From Anolis carolinensis (taxonomy: Eukaryota), in assembly GCF_035594765.1 (NCBI RefSeq), contig NW_026943825.1, forward strand, positions 16,918,590-16,982,589: a stretch of DNA of 64,000 nt, written 5' to 3'. Every line of letters begins with the position of its first letter. Position 1 is the stretch's first letter. The position numbers and the translations under genes were made by a program. The notes under the pieces are model-generated. The model saw only the letters and a list, made by a program, of their open reading frames with translations. It had not been told where the DNA came from and searched no databases. Positions 13,990 to 43,400 of this stretch are shown here, piece by piece.

Positions 13990-14130
13990 TCTCTCTCTTT
14001 CGGTATCTCTCCCTCCTCTTCCCGGAAATGGCGCCTGCTGTGCGGACAGGCCCCTCCCCTTCCGGAGGAAAAGGTGCCTCTCTAGGAAGTGGGCGAAACC
14101 CCGCCCACTCTTCGCTCTCCCCAGGCCCAG
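13990..14130. promoter_or_regulatory. Orphan CpG-rich promoter-like element
   Basis: ccggaaatggcgcc (ETS plus YY1-like), cttccgg, ggaagtgggcg, GC box ccccgccc. Confidence 0.5.
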
Positions 14131-14349
14131 TATCCCATCCTGTTTAAGGTATTGCCATCCTCTGGTATGGAACTCTATCGTGCCATTCTCGTATAATACA
14201 ATTATAATACAAGTATAATACAAGTATAATACAAGTATAATACAATTATAATAAAATGAGACTCTACTGTATTACAATCCTCTTGAGGGGCCTGTAGTTT
14301 TGTTGTCTTGTCCGCTACCCTGATGCCATCACTCTTTTATATATAGAGA

Positions 14350-14813
14350 CTAGCTGTGCCCGGCCACGCATTGCTGTGGCAAAGTGGTGGTGGTATTGGT
14401 TAAAAATTGTGTAATTTTTATTTGACGTTATTTGTATTTTTTTATATATATAAATTTTATTGTAAGTTATCTTTTTATTATATTTTATTATTTTCTTGTA
14501 TTATTTTTAGTTATTTTCTGTTATAGTATTTTATTGTATTAATTTTTTAGTGTTTTGAATTATATTTTAGTGTTTTTAATTATTTTTATTGGGTTGCTAG
14601 GAGACCAAGTTGGAGGAGCTTAGCCTTCTAACTGGCAGCAATTGGATAAAAGCAATTATTCCTCTCTCTCTAATTAGGACTTTTCTTTTCTTTTTGTTGT
14701 ATCAACCTAGAGGCATGGATGATGGGTTGTGTTGTCAAATTTCGAGGTTGGGGGGCCTGTAGTTTGTTGTTTTGTCCGCTGCCCTGATGCCATCACTCTT
14801 TTATATAGAGAGA
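14350..14813 (-). mobile_element. Non-autonomous Helitron
   Basis: On the minus strand: 5' TC-(TA)n-aaagagtgatggcatca, 3' GC-rich subterminal gtggccgggcacag then CTAG; no TIR. A partial copy precedes it at about 14285-14349. Confidence 0.8.
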
Positions 14814-15102
14814 TTGTAGTAGTAGTAGTATGATATACTTCTATTATTATAATTGTATATTATTGTAGTAATAATTATTATTATCTTGCAGTTTAATAAA
14901 GGTCGCTGCTTTCTCCTAATATAGGGATCCAATATACAAATTGCCACCGGATTTTTCACTTTGTGGCAACTGAAGTCAGCCTGAGTTCAAGGCAAAAAAT
15001 TGGGACATTTGAGAAGCCTTTGGAAAATGAATATATATATATATATATACGTTTAATTAAGGTAAGACATGCATTTCTTTTGGAAAGGGAGAGTTTCCCT
15101 CT

Positions 15103-30948
<15,846 letters not shown>

Positions 30949-30989
30949 CTAGCCCCGCCCACACTCCGACAAGGCTCTGCCCCTTCCCT

Positions 30990-31800
30990 CTAGCCCCACC
31001 CACATTCTAAGCCAGCCCCTCCCCTTTCTTCCTTCAGGAGGTTCCTCTGGACATAGCCCCACCCACATTCTGTTCAGGCCCCTCCCCTTTCCTCTAGCCC
31101 CACCCACATTCTAAGATAGTCACTCCCCTTTCTTCCTTGAGGAGGTTCCTCCTGACATAGCCCCACCCACATTCTGTTCAGGCCCCTCCCCTTTCCTCTA
31201 GCCCCACCCACATTCTAAGAATGCCCCTCCCCTTTCTTCCTTGAGGAAGTTCCTCCTGACATATTCACACCCACATTCTGTTCAGGCCCCTCCCCTTTCC
31301 TCTAGCCCCACCCACATTCTAAGCCGGCCCCTCCCCTTTCTTCCTTGAAGATGTTCCTTCTGACATAGCCCCACCCACATTCTGTTCAGGCCCCTCCCCT
31401 TTACCTCTAGCCCCACCCACATTCTAAGCCGGCCCCTCCCCTTTCTTCCTTGAAGATGTTCCTTCTGACATAGCCCCACCCACATTCTGTTCAGGCCCCT
31501 CCCCTTTACCTCTAGCCCCACCCACATTCTAAGCCGGCCCCTCCCCTTTCTTCCTTGAAGATGTTCCTTCTGACATAGCCCCACCCACATTCTGTTCAGG
31601 CCCCTCCCCTTTACCTCTAGCCCCACCCACATTCTAAGACGGCCCCTCCCCTTTCTTCCTTGAAGATGTTCCTTCTGACATAGCCCCACCCACATTCTGT
31701 TCAGGCCCCTCCCCTTTACCTCTAGCCCCACCCACATTCTAAGACGGCCCCTCCCTTTTCTTCCTTGAGGCGGATACTCGTGATATCTAGTAGCCACATC
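30990..31800 (+). repeat. 105-bp minisatellite occupying the DCST2 upstream region
   Basis: About 7 units, the central 4 nearly identical (35-aa period in the shadow ORF 31282-31797); degenerate units extend to about 30905 and 32160. Confidence 0.9.
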
Positions 31801-32176
31801 AACATTCTGTTCAGCCCCGCCCCTTTATTTTAGCCCCACCCACATTCTGGCCCTGCCCTGCTCCTTGACTCTAGCCCCACCCACATTCTAAGGTAGCCCC
31901 TCCCCTCTCTTCCTTGAGGCTGTTTCTCCTCCTGGCATCTAGCCCCACCCATATTCCAGCCAGGCCCCATCCCTTATAGCTTAAGTTTGTCAGTCATTCC
32001 AATCAGGCTCCGCCCTTTGATTCTTATATAGCCCTGCCCACATGTCACTGTCTCCGCCCCTTTTCCCTAAGTTCTCTTGGCTTTGGCTTCCAGCCCCACC
32101 CACGTTCTGATGGAGCCCTGCCCCTTGTACCTGGCCCCACCCACATTCCAAGCAAGCTCCGCCCCCTTGTTTCCTA

Positions 32177-32278
32177 CCCTGTTTCCCCTAAAATAAGACA
32201 TCCCCAGAAAATAAGACTAGCACATCTTTGGGAGCAAAAATTAATATAAGACACTGTCTTATTTTCGGGGAAACATGG
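32177..32278. mobile_element. Short pogo/Tigger-like MITE
   Basis: TA-CCCTGTTTCCCCTAAAATAAGACA...TGTCTTATTTTCGGGGAAACATGG-TA. Confidence 0.75.
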
Positions 32279-32409
32279 TAGATTCCGCCAGTCTTGGCGA
32301 CTCCCTTACCCCGCCCTTGCTTTTAAGCCGACCCATCAAGGCGCTAGATCTCATGGGCTGCGTTTATTATTTCTCCAGGACCGGGGGAGGAGGGCACACG
32401 TGGCTGAGG

Positions 32410-33116
32410 TCAATGGCGGGAGGTGCGCTCGTCCTCCTCGTTCTCGAGTTCATAGGCCGGCCTGTAGCCTTCCCGCCCGCAGGCGTCCGTGTAGCGCAAG
32501 GCCGCGTTCTTCTGGGTGTTGCTCATGCTGCCCAGGGAAGTGTACCTGTGTGCAGGGAAAAGGGGGAAGAGTGAGGAGAAGGCAGGTAGGGAGGGAGGGG
32601 CCCCGGGGGAGAGGTGCCCTTTGAAGGCATCTCCCAACTCTAGAATTCTATGGCTCCATGTATATCTGTTGGGGGTGCTTTGAGTGCGATTTCCTGCTCC
32701 TTGGCAGGATGGGGTTGGACTGGATGGCCCATGAGGTCTCTTCCAACTCTACTATTCTATTATTCTATGATTACTATTCAAAGGCTGCATGGCCACCTGT
32801 CAGGAGTGCTTTGATGGTGCCTTTTCTGCAGGCGGGAGAGCAAGCCTGCTGCAATTAACTGCAATGAATCACTCTGACCAGGAGGTCATGAGTTCGAGGC
32901 CCGCTCAGGAGCCTATGTTTGTCTTGTCTTTGTTCTATGCTAAAAGGCATTGAATGTTTGCCTATATGTGTGTAATGTGATCCGCCCTGAGTCCCCTTCG
33001 GGGTGAGAAAGAAGGGCGGAATATACATGCTGTAAAATAAATAAATAAATAAATAAATGAAAACAGAAGGAGGTTTGACTGGATAGTCCCTTCCAACTCT
33101 AGGATTCCATGGTTCT

Positions 33117-33168
<52 letters not shown>

Positions 33169-36100
33169 CTATTACTGTTATTATTATTCAGAGACTGGGT
33201 GGCCATCTGACGGGGTTTTTTATTAGGTTCCTTTCACTGGGATATTTTAATCTAATGATTTTATCTTATATTGCTGCTATAGTCCTCCCACCTTTGAAGT
33301 TGACTGAATCGCATTGGTGGTTGTTTGATATTATTACTATTGATATTATTATTGTTGTTTAAATCTTTGTTTTAACTTGTTTTATCATCTTCTTGTGTTT
33401 TAAACTGTGTGTATTGTTAATGCATTTGCGCTGTTACTTTTGTAACATTGTGAGCCGCCCCGAGTCCCCATGGGGAGATGGTGGCGGGGTATAAATAAAG
33501 TTTTATTATTATTATTATTATTATTTGATGGTGCTTTTCCTGCATGGACTGGGTGGCGTTTGGGGGTCCCTTCCAAAACTAGGCTTCCAAGAGGCCTTGC
33601 ATTCACAGGAAGCCATTGTTCCCACCCTCTGCAATTAGGAAACACAAGGCGTCCCTACCCTTTGTCGTAAAGGATGCAGTAAGGGATGTAGAGGCTGCGG
33701 AGGAAGGTCCATATATCCCGGTAGGTCCAGTCCTGCGAGGCGGAAAGCAGAGAGGAGTCAACAGGCCGATGCCCAGGCGCCCGGTTCCAGAGGGACGGCC
33801 CTAAAAGCCCGACTGACCAGGAGGGGGTTGACCCTCATGTAGGGGGGCCAGCCCGGGTCCGTGGGGCAGAAGGCCGACAAGGTGCAGGAGTAGGGGTCCG
33901 TGCGGCGGGTGCCCATCAGGACGGCCTCCAGCTCTGGATGTTGGGCCTTCAGGTCCCCCAGGGCCTCCCTGATGTTCCCGTGGACGTCACACACCTGGAG
34001 GTTGTACCTGCCGGGGGACGGGAAGGAGCGCCATTAGGGTGACCCCAAAACAAGGGGTGTAATGCAATGCCCACGGGGCCTCTGCATCAGATCTTTGCCC
34101 TCCCTCCAGGTGTTTTGATGAAGAAGTCATATCTATCTATCTATTGGGACCTGGAGGTGGGCCTCCATTAGGTCCATCACTCTTACCATCTCTCTATTGG
34201 GACCTGAAAGTAGGCCTCTCTTAGATCTCTCACTCTAGCATTTATCTCTATCCGGACCTGAAAGTAAGCCTCCATTAGGTCCATCACTCTTACCATCTCT
34301 CTATTGGGACTTGAAAGTAGGCCTCTCTTAGGTCCATCACTCTATCCTTTATCTCTATCCGGACCTGAAAGTACGCCTCTGTTAGGTCCATCACTCTACC
34401 ATCTATCTACCCTGTTTCCCCGAAAATAAGACAATGTCTTATATTAATTTTTGCTCCCAAAGATGCGCTAGGTCTTATTTTCTTATCTTATTTTTCCACA
34501 AAGACAAATTCACATTTACGGTTGAATTTTTAAAAATGAAAATTTATTATCTACTGTACAGTAGTTGTCATCACAAAACAGCATAACCAAACTGTGAATC
34601 CTTTCAAGAATTTCTATATTATATTTTATTGCTATACTGTTTTAAAATTACTGTTTGTATGTAAATTTATGTTGTTGTTGGGCTTATCCCTGTGTAAGCT
34701 GCCCTGAGTCCCTTCTGGGAGATGGAGGTGGGATACAAGAATAAAGTTATTATATTATTATTATTATTTCTTGTTACTACCTTTATTTCCATGTACAACA
34801 ATCTATGGTATGTACATTTACCGATCCCGCATGCTTCCAAACAAAAACTTTGCTAGGTCTTACTTTCGAGGGAGGCCTTATATTTAGCAATTCAGCAAAA
34901 CCTCTACTAGGTCTTCTTTTCTGGGGATGTCTTATTTTCAGGGAAATAGGGTGTATGCCTATGATAATAGTTAGACCAGGGAGTCTGGTCTAGATGATCT
35001 TTGGAGGGTCCCTAATCTATTTATCTATTTGGAATTGTAGGAGTTGGAGTACAAAACACCTTGAGAGGACCAAATATGGCCTTCTTCTACACACTAAATA
35101 TGGAATATTTAAAAAGCAAAGGGATTTCAGATACGATACATCACGCAACTAGAGCCCTGGTGTCATCACAGGCAAGAGGAACTGATCAAAAGAAAACAAA
35201 AGAAGGGAAAGCTGTCTGAACTCTGTGCATGCTCAAAAGATCTGACTCTAAAACTGAGCTGCACATCAATTCAATTTGGCACTTTTCTTCTGCTCATCCA
35301 GCAAGATAACTCAATCAATTGAACTTGTTGTAATGATCTCCTGCCTCCAGGACTTGAAGGTTTGGGGGCTAATGAATAAGACATAAAGCAAACAAGGAGA
35401 GGGTGACTCCCACCGTTTTGCTGTGTCTCGGATGAACTCCTCCATCTCGGGAAAAGGAGAGACGGTGCGGATGTAGAGCGCTTTCAGCTTCTCTGTTCTT
35501 CCCGGGTGTCGCCTGGATGGGAACAATGGAGATTCATTGGGACCTTGAACCCAACACCAACCACACTGACTGGCAGAAGGCCTCTGACTCTAAGGAGCTT
35601 TATCCATTCTAAGGTTGGCATCCACCTTATTCTTGGAGCTGGAATAATTGATTAATTGATTGGAGCTATATGTCAGGAAAAACCATTCCCAAGACGAGTG
35701 GCTGGTAGCATGAGTGACCGAGGGGTTAAAATCACTCAGTGCCTAGAGAGGCCCGACCAGAACAATGCCTCCGGGGTGTCAACAAAGAGAGAAGCACGCA
35801 CGACAAAAAGATAAAAGGGCCTGACCGTGTGCTCAATCTCTCTCTTCCGCTGTGACCATCTGAGTGTAACTAATTGTGAATAAATACTTTGGAACAATAA
35901 ACAGTGAACCGCAGAGAAAAAGAGTTCCAGTGTGCTTGATTGAAAAAGCACAGAGGCAGGGGAAGAACAGGGATGCGTAGTTACTAGACACGTCCAAAAA
36001 ATCGTTTTGAATCGTATATCGGAATTATTTCGGATTGTTCTCGCTTTTTGATACGCATTCCGAGAAATTGTTTCACAGCGCAACCAGCAATGTAATTCGA

Positions 36101-39100
36101 ACCATTGTTGGCCTATTCTCTAATTGTCTCTTAATGTTTCATTAATTCCCCCCCCCCCAATTTTTTAAAAAATATATATTTAAAAATATTTTAAACATTA
36201 TTTTGTTTCTGCAACCTACCTTGAATGGGAGCTTATTTGCAAATTTGATGAGGATAGCTCAAGAAATGAGGGCGGGAGAGCCCTGTAAAAGTCCCCCCCC
36301 CCCCCCGGTTCCTTTTTTTTTCCTGGCGACTGCGCATGCGCGTCCGCCATTTTAGAAACATTTAGAATCATTACAAATTTTTTGGAAATATATGAAATTT
36401 TTGGGTGGAAAAATCGGAAATACTTTCTATATCGAAGCGCCAGCGCCCCCTACTTTAGAAACGGGAATTGAAACACTTTTTCCATCGATCGGACATGCCT
36501 AGTAGTTACTTCCAAAAAAAAAAAAAGCATGTCTCAGATCCAGCTGCTCAGGCTTCTGATTCCAGGGGTGAGGCTGAACGCAAGCTGCCTTTTTGGGGAC
36601 CCCTGACAGACTATGCTTCCCATTATCCCCATCATTACCCCCATTATCTGGGGGGGGCAGCAAAGGGGGGAGACTAACCTCTGGACGGCTGCGTGGAAGA
36701 GGTGGAGCAGGGCAGTGCAATCCTTGCCCCCGTTGAAGCCCACACAGAGCTGAGAGAGAGGGTAGCGGTCCAAAGCCTCCTCGATGGTGCGGACGGCGGC
36801 CGCCACCTTCTGGCCGAGAGGGGAGCCTGCGGGGAAGGAGCGAGAAGGGTCAGCCCCAAAGCGACACTGGGTTGCTGGGGAAGCCTGACCCACACAGAGC
36901 CACAGGTCCCACACTGCAGGGGTTCTGGTGCTTCACCACACGACGGCTCTCAGGACTCCATGGGAGAGGCGGATAAGAAATACAATTATTATGGAGGGCC
37001 TATGATGAGGGAAGGCAACTGTGGGTTCAATCTTTCCTTGCCCATCGGCCAGGCTGGTGTGCTCAGCCTTATGGGAACTGTAGTTAGAAGACCACAGACT
37101 CAAAGGCCCATCCAGCCCAGCCTTTGCTCCGAGTCCTCCCTCTCTACGATCAATGCCATGGCCTCCTGCCTGGCAAGCGCTCTGTTTCACCCCTCAAGGC
37201 CCCCAGGAACACCGTCCCACGCCTACCGGACTCTGCCAGCGCGGACACATCCTCGGCTGCCCGGGAGACGGGGTCGGCCACCACGGGCACCACGGCCCCC
37301 TTGGGCAGCGCCTCCATCAGGTGCGCGTAGGCCTCCTCCAGGTCCTCCTCAGAGTCGGAGTCCAGGGTAAGCTTGACCCGGAAGTAGTTGCTGGCCCAGT
37401 CCGGGTAGGAGCCCAGGCTGGTGCGCCGCCCGAAGCTGGCCTGTGCACGGTCCAGGAGGGGCGCCAGTTGGGCCTCGTCGGCATTCAGGAAGATCTCCCG
37501 GGAGCGGAAGCAGGTCTCCGTGTTGCGGAAGAGGTGGCCCAGCCCCTCGAGGGCCCTGCGCATCAGGGACGGGACGCCGGGGAAGACGTAGACATTGCGG
37601 ACGCTGACCAGCGGGAAGGGCAGCTTCTGGCCGGTGGCCTTGTCCACGCCGTAGTGGAGCACGGCGGAGGGCGGCAGGCGGGCCAGCTTGGCGGCCCCGG
37701 TCCCAGCGGCCTCGGACCGGCCAAAGAAGCGCTCCACCAGCGCCTCCATCTCCGGGTGCGGGGCGGCCTGCTCCCCAAAGGCCAGGGCCACGGCCTCGAA
37801 GGTGACGTCGTCGTGCGTGGGGCCAACGCCGCCCGAGGTCAGGACATAAGAGAAGCGGGCCGAGAAGGAAGAGACCTCCCCCGCGATGGCCGCCACCTCG
37901 TCCGGCACCACCGAGACCCTGGCCACGCGGACGCCCAGCGAGCGCAGCGCCTTGCACATGAAGAAGGAGTTGGTGTCCTGCGTGTAGCCCTGAGGAGAGC
38001 CGGGGGAGAGAAGGTGAAGGGGCAGGAATGGAGGGCGAAAGGGAGGAACCGGTCAAGAGGAAGCCGACCCTTGTTGGTGATGAAGGCGTATTGGGAAAAT
38101 AGAATACTTGTATTGGAAACTATATACTGAATGTAATCATGTTAAGAAATAGAAATAGGAAAATATGTAATCACCAGCAGATTGTGTGCCTATATCCGAA
38201 AATACACTCTGCTCAGCAAAAGCAAGACCAAAGTTCACTCTGAGTGCCAGGGACATATGTTAGGTGTCAACAAGAATAGATAAGCTAATGGACAAAAGAC
38301 AAATTAAGGCTTTTTGGGATGTCAAGATAAGACCTGGCGCCATGCGGGGAGTGCTAATGGCTCTCTGACAGCTAAGATAAGTGGGGGACTCCTTAATTAA
38401 TGAGAACCCCTAAAAGCTGAGATGAGAGTTCCAGAGATAAGGCTAATGGAGGGTCAGAGGTCTTGAAAGTAGTCTATATTTTAGGAAAATGCAAAGGTAG
38501 CTTTTTAGTTAAGTGCCAAGTAAGACTTTTTTTGACACTAATTGGTGATGGATAATACCTATGTGACGTAAGATAGAGGCAGACCAAAATAGTATATAAG
38601 GATCTGTGTTTCTTTGTCATTTTACCCTTTTTTCCTGGAGTCAGGAGGGTCTATATTGCTTATTCTCACTGGCCAATGAGAACAAACGTCATTTTTTCTA
38701 CAGCCACCGGAACTCTCTTTGTCTCATTTCCTCAAACCTTTGTCTGCCATTTCATTGGGACCGCCTTCCGCCTGGAGGGCCACCATCCTCAATTTATGAG
38801 GGATCGCCTAAGTCAATGATGGGCAACCTTTTGCGCGTGGTGTGTCAAAATTCACCAAAAAAAACCTAATATGACTTGGGTGGTGTGTCACTTCGAAAAA
38901 AATCCCCCATAATTTCACAATATATATAGTTTAAATAACAAAAATATATAATTGTAATATATAACTGTATTTAATAAATCAAAAACTATTTACTACCATG
39001 ATTTCCATGTACAACAATCTATGGTACCGCTTGCAGTTTCCACACTGGTTTCTCTCTATTGTAGTTTCAATGTAGTCATGAATAATATAATAATAATATA

Positions 39101-39849
39101 ATAGTAATAATATAATAATATTCTACAATAATAATAGAATTATATATATGTGTGTGTGTGTATATATATATATATGTAATGAGCATAATTCCCATGGAGT
39201 AAACAACAAAACCACCAGACCAAATCACACCAAATTTGGCCACAAAAGACATTAGTCATCCAATCAATCTGCATGCGGCAGCGTGTCAGCAAAAATGGCT
39301 AGGCGTGTCAGTGCAGACACGCGTGTCATAGGTTGGCCTTCACTGGCCTAAGTATAATTGAGACTGCGGACTGTGTTGTCCATGTGTGTCCATGTGTGCA
39401 GTTTTCCTTAACTCTATGTTGCGTGACCAGATCTGGGCCTGCTTAGGACTCAGACTCCATTGGGCTTTCAGACTAGGCAGAGACTCTAATACAGGCCTGG
39501 GCCAACTGGGCCTCCCTCCAGGTGTTTTGGACTTCAACTCCCACGATTCCTTAAGCGGCTGAGGGGGGGAAGGAAAGGCTGCGAGGAATGGTGGGAGTTG
39601 GAGTCCAACACACCTGGAGGGAGGCCCACGTTGGCCCAGGCCTGCTCTCGGAGACTCTCGGGCCAGCCAAGGAAACGACTTCCGGCTCACCTTCAGGATC
39701 TCGTCGCCAATGATGATGATTCCCGCCGTGACGTCGCCCCCCTCCCCTTCCCCCTTGACCCCGGAAGTAACGCCATTGCTTCGTGCGGCCATGGTCCGGC
39801 CTTGTCCGCAGAGACCCCTCAAGAGGCCCAGGCTTCCGCGCAGGCGCAT
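32410..39849 (-). CDS. FLAD1: FAD synthase (molybdopterin-binding-like domain plus PAPS-reductase-like domain), complete, 7 exons, about 522 aa
   Basis: Exons 39849-39691, 37989-37227, 36826-36679, 35512-35414, 34007-33818, 33732-33659, 32545-32410; total 1569 nt. Motifs [62 protein letters not shown] on the minus strand at 32363-32368. Confidence 0.97.
32832..33058 (+). mobile_element. Short Anolis tRNA/L2 SINE
   Basis: B-box gagttcgaggcc and L2 tail. Confidence 0.75.
34130..34405 (+). repeat. Minisatellite (about 52-54 bp unit, 5 copies)
   Basis: ggacctgaaagtaggcctctcttaggtccatcactct units. Confidence 0.8.
34410..34951. mobile_element. pogo/Tigger-like MITE with a nested LINE tail
   Basis: Same TIR as 32177-32278. 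Confidence 0.7.
35985..36501. mobile_element. Non-autonomous hAT transposon
   Basis: 8-bp TSD gtagttac (35977-35984 and 36502-36509); TIR tagacacgtcc/ggacatgccta. Partial inverted copy at about 59045-59285. Confidence 0.85.
38814..39345. mobile_element. Non-autonomous hAT transposon
   Basis: 8-bp TSD gcctaagt (38806-38813 and 39346-39353); TIR caatgatgggcaacct/aggttggccttcactg. Confidence 0.85.
39492..39644. mobile_element. Short hAT-type MITE (related copies at about 48330-48415, 57280-57385, 60463-60556, 63557-63690)
   Basis: TIR caggcctgggccaa/ttggcccaggcctg; inner inverted ccctccaggtgttttggacttcaactcccac. Confidence 0.75.
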
Positions 39850-40451
39850 CAGGCCCGTCCCGTCATGGTCTCAGGCGTGACCCAAAGTCTGTGGAAAGAG
39901 AAAGGGAGAGCGGGAACGCGGCCCTCTGCACATGCTCAGGGGCCAAACCCCATAAATCTCATAATAATAATAATAGCGGTGTCCCCTTTAAGAGCCTCCC
40001 CGCTCTTCCCGCTTACCCGCTGCTCCCTCAGCCCGTTAGTTCCGCTTTCCCCGAGCTCCCTTTCCACCCATTGGCCACGCCGCCAAAGGGGCGGGAATAA
40101 CGGAGGCAAAGTCGGAATCCGATTGGCCGTAGTCCCCGCCCCCTAGCGAGCCTAGAGGGAAAAGGCGCTTTGGGATAACAATTCCCGGCGGCCTTTGCGG
40201 CCCAAGCATTCCAAAACTAAAGATGGCTGCCTGGAAATAAGTCATAGCTTTGTGGAAATACTAATATGACGTTGGTTCCGCCAGCTCTGAGCGCCCTTTC
40301 CTCCCATTGGCCAAGCCGTGAAAGGGGCGGGAATAACGGAGAATAGGTTAGAATGCGTGGGAGGGGGGGAGAACGAGGCACTACGCAGCCGTAGAAGTGT
40401 CCTCGCGCCGGATGTGACGCCGCGGTGCCGTGTCTTCCTCCTCAATCCAAG
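39850..40451. promoter_or_regulatory. Bidirectional CpG promoter of FLAD1/CWF19L1
   Basis: Divergent ATGs about 600 bp apart; three CCAAT boxes (attgg), GC boxes, ZNF143-like acaattcccggcggcct, YY1 aagatggc. Confidence 0.8.
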
Positions 40452-43400
40452 ATGGCGCCGCCCGAGAGGCCGCTCCGCCTGTGAGTGAGAAGGACGGAGA
40501 GGCGAGAGAAGCGCGGGAGGGAGGGCGGAGGGAGGGGCGGGCAGAGAGGGCCTGCCTTTCACGGCGCCCCCTCCTCTCTCTTCTCCCGGCAGGCTGGTCT
40601 GCGGCGACGTGGAGGGCCGCCTGGAGGCGCTCTTCGCCCGCGTCCGCGCCGTACAGAAGAAGAGCGGGCCCTTCGAGGTACGCGCGGCGACGTCCCTTTC
40701 GCCCGCTGCCTTCTGCCTGCGCATGCGCCTTCCCACACCTCTTCCTCTCCCTCACAGCTCCTGCTCTGCGTGGGGAACTTTTTCGGCTCCGCGCGCGAAC
40801 CCGAGTGGGAGGACTTCCGGGGCGGGGCCAAGAAGGGTGAGTCGCCATGGCTACGCCCCGCGTACTAATTATAGTCAATGATAAAAGAAATAATAATAAT
40901 AAAGTATATAATGATACTATTGTAATAATATGTAATGCAAAGGATTCCCCCAGGCGGGAAGCAGACAGGCTTTGAAGCTGCAAAGCCATTCAGTGCTAAT
41001 CAGGCGATAAACGTCAGGGGATAATGCTCGTGGAATATGACCAGGCAGTCTGGAAATCTCACTGCAACCTATAATAATACAGTAGAGTCTCACTTATCCA
41101 AGCAAAATAGGCCGGCAGAAGCTTGGATAAGCGAATATCTTGGATAATAAGGAGGGATTAAGCAAAAGACTATTAAACATCAAATTAGGTTATGATTTTA
41201 CAAATTAAGCACCAAAACATCATGCTATACAACACATTTGACAGAAAAAGTAGTTCCATACGTTATGTAGTAATTACTGTATTTACGAATTTAGCACCAA
41301 AATATCACGATGTATTGAAAACATTGACTACAAAAATGGCTTGGATTATCCAGAAGCTTGGATAAGTGAGATTCTGCTGTACTGCTTTACAACAACAACA
41401 ATAATAATATAAAATTATAAGAGCACTGGGCCTCTGGTGGCCCAGTGTGTTAAAGTGCTGAGCTGCTGAACTTGCGGACCAAAAGGTCCCAGGTTCAAAT
41501 CCCTGGAGCGGAGTGAGCACCTGCTGTTAGCCCCAGCTCCTGCCAACCTAGCAGTTTGAAAACATGCCAATGTGAGTAGATCAATAGGTACTGCTCTGGT
41601 GGGAAGGTAACGGCGCTTCATGCAGTCATGCTGGCCACATGACCTGGAGATGTCTATGGACAACGCCGGCTCTTTGGCTTAGAAATGGAGATGAGCACCA
41701 ACCCCCAGAGTTGGTCATGACTGAACTTAACGTCAGGGGAAACCTTTACTATAATAGCACTATGTAGCACAGTTTTTTTGTTCCTGTGTCATCAATGTCA
41801 TCATTTCCTAATTGTTTCTATCATCAAAACATGGGGAAAGTATTAACATCTCTATGGATAAATACATAGATGTTATAAATGTTATAGAGCAATTTAGAGC
41901 AGCACTAGCTGTGCCCGGCCACGCGTTGCTCTGCCGTTGTCTGGTGGTGTTGGTGAGAAATTGTTGAGGTAGTGGTGGTATTGAATGTCTGTTGTATGGC
42001 TGTCTTTATGTTTAGTATTCACACTGAAGTGGATTATATGGCAGTGTGGAGTCAAGATAATCCAGTTCAAAGCAGATAATATAAGATTCTAAATGGGTTA
42101 TATAGCTGTGTGGAAGGGCCTTGAGTCTACACTGCCATATAATCCAGTTAAAATCTGATAATCTGTGGAAGAGGCCTAAGTGAGGCCTAACATTGCCTGT
42201 CCCCTTGGCTGAGTAGGTTTGCTAGGAGACCAAGTGGGCGGAGCTTAGCCTTCTAACTGGCAGCAATTGGACAAAAACAATTATTCCTCTCCTTGTAATT
42301 AGGACTTTATTTTTCTTTTCTTTTTGTTGTATCAACCTAGAGGTGTGGATGATGGGTTGTGTTGTCAAATTTTGAGGTTGGGGGGCCTTTCGTTTTGTTG
42401 TTTTGTCCGCTGCCCTGATGCCATCATTCTTTTATATATATAGATGAAATACCGGACATAAAGCCTTGATTAAAATGTACACACTGTCTAACATGGGAAG
42501 GGTCTTTGTTGTTATTGTTGTATTTGCAAATTGACCAAGACTTAACCCTTGTAAAGCCTGATGTCCTTGTCCTTAGCAAAACTATAAATTACTATCTTTT
42601 ATTGGAGGGAGGGTCATATTTGACTTCATAGACTGTATCCATGAACAATTATAGATATAAAATGTATCTATAGATAGATATAGAATATAGAATGCACTAT
42701 AGAATAGACTAGGATAGCTGTAGGTGAGCCTCCCCGCTCAAGCATGAGCACCAAGGCCGCTCTCCTTGCTCCCTCCCTCCCTCCTCCTCCAGCTCCCATC
42801 CCGACGTTTGTCCTGGGCGCCAACAACGCGGAAACGGCTGGCCATTTCCCGGACCCTGGCGGCTGCGAACTGGCCGAGAACATCACTTACCTGGGTGAGT
42901 TTGGCAGGCGGAGCTGAACAAAAGCAGCGGGAACTGTATTGGTAGAAGCAATAGCAGAAGCAGAAGCAATTGGTGACTTTCTTGATACTTTATTTTCGTA
43001 GCAAAAGCAGTTGGTAACTGTATTGGTACTTTGTTTTTATCGCAAAGCAATTCATAACTTTCTTGGTACTTTGTTTTCATAGCAAAGCAATTGGTAACTT
43101 TCCTGATACAGTAGAGTCTCACTAATCCAAGCCTCGCTTATCCAAGCCTCTGGATAATCCAAGCCATTTTTGTAGTCAATGTTTTCAATATATCATGATA
43201 TTTTGGTGCTAAATTTGTAAATACAGTAATTACATCAAGACATTACTGCATATTGAACTACCTTTTCTGTCCAATTTGTTGTATAGCAGGATGTTTTGGT
43301 ACTTAATTTGTAAAATCATAACCTAATTTGACATTTAATAGGCTTTTCATTAATCCCTCCTTATTATCCAAGTTATTCACTTATCCAGGCTTCTGCCGGC

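Noticed and set aside
37153-38130. 325-aa plus-strand ORF
   Set aside because: Antisense shadow of GC-rich FLAD1 exon 2.
38070-38790. Possible solo LTR in FLAD1 intron 1 (similar candidates at about 4940-5450, 25150-25560, 54580-54890)
   Set aside because: TATA and poly(A)-like signals are present, but I could not fix termini, a TSD or a PBS.
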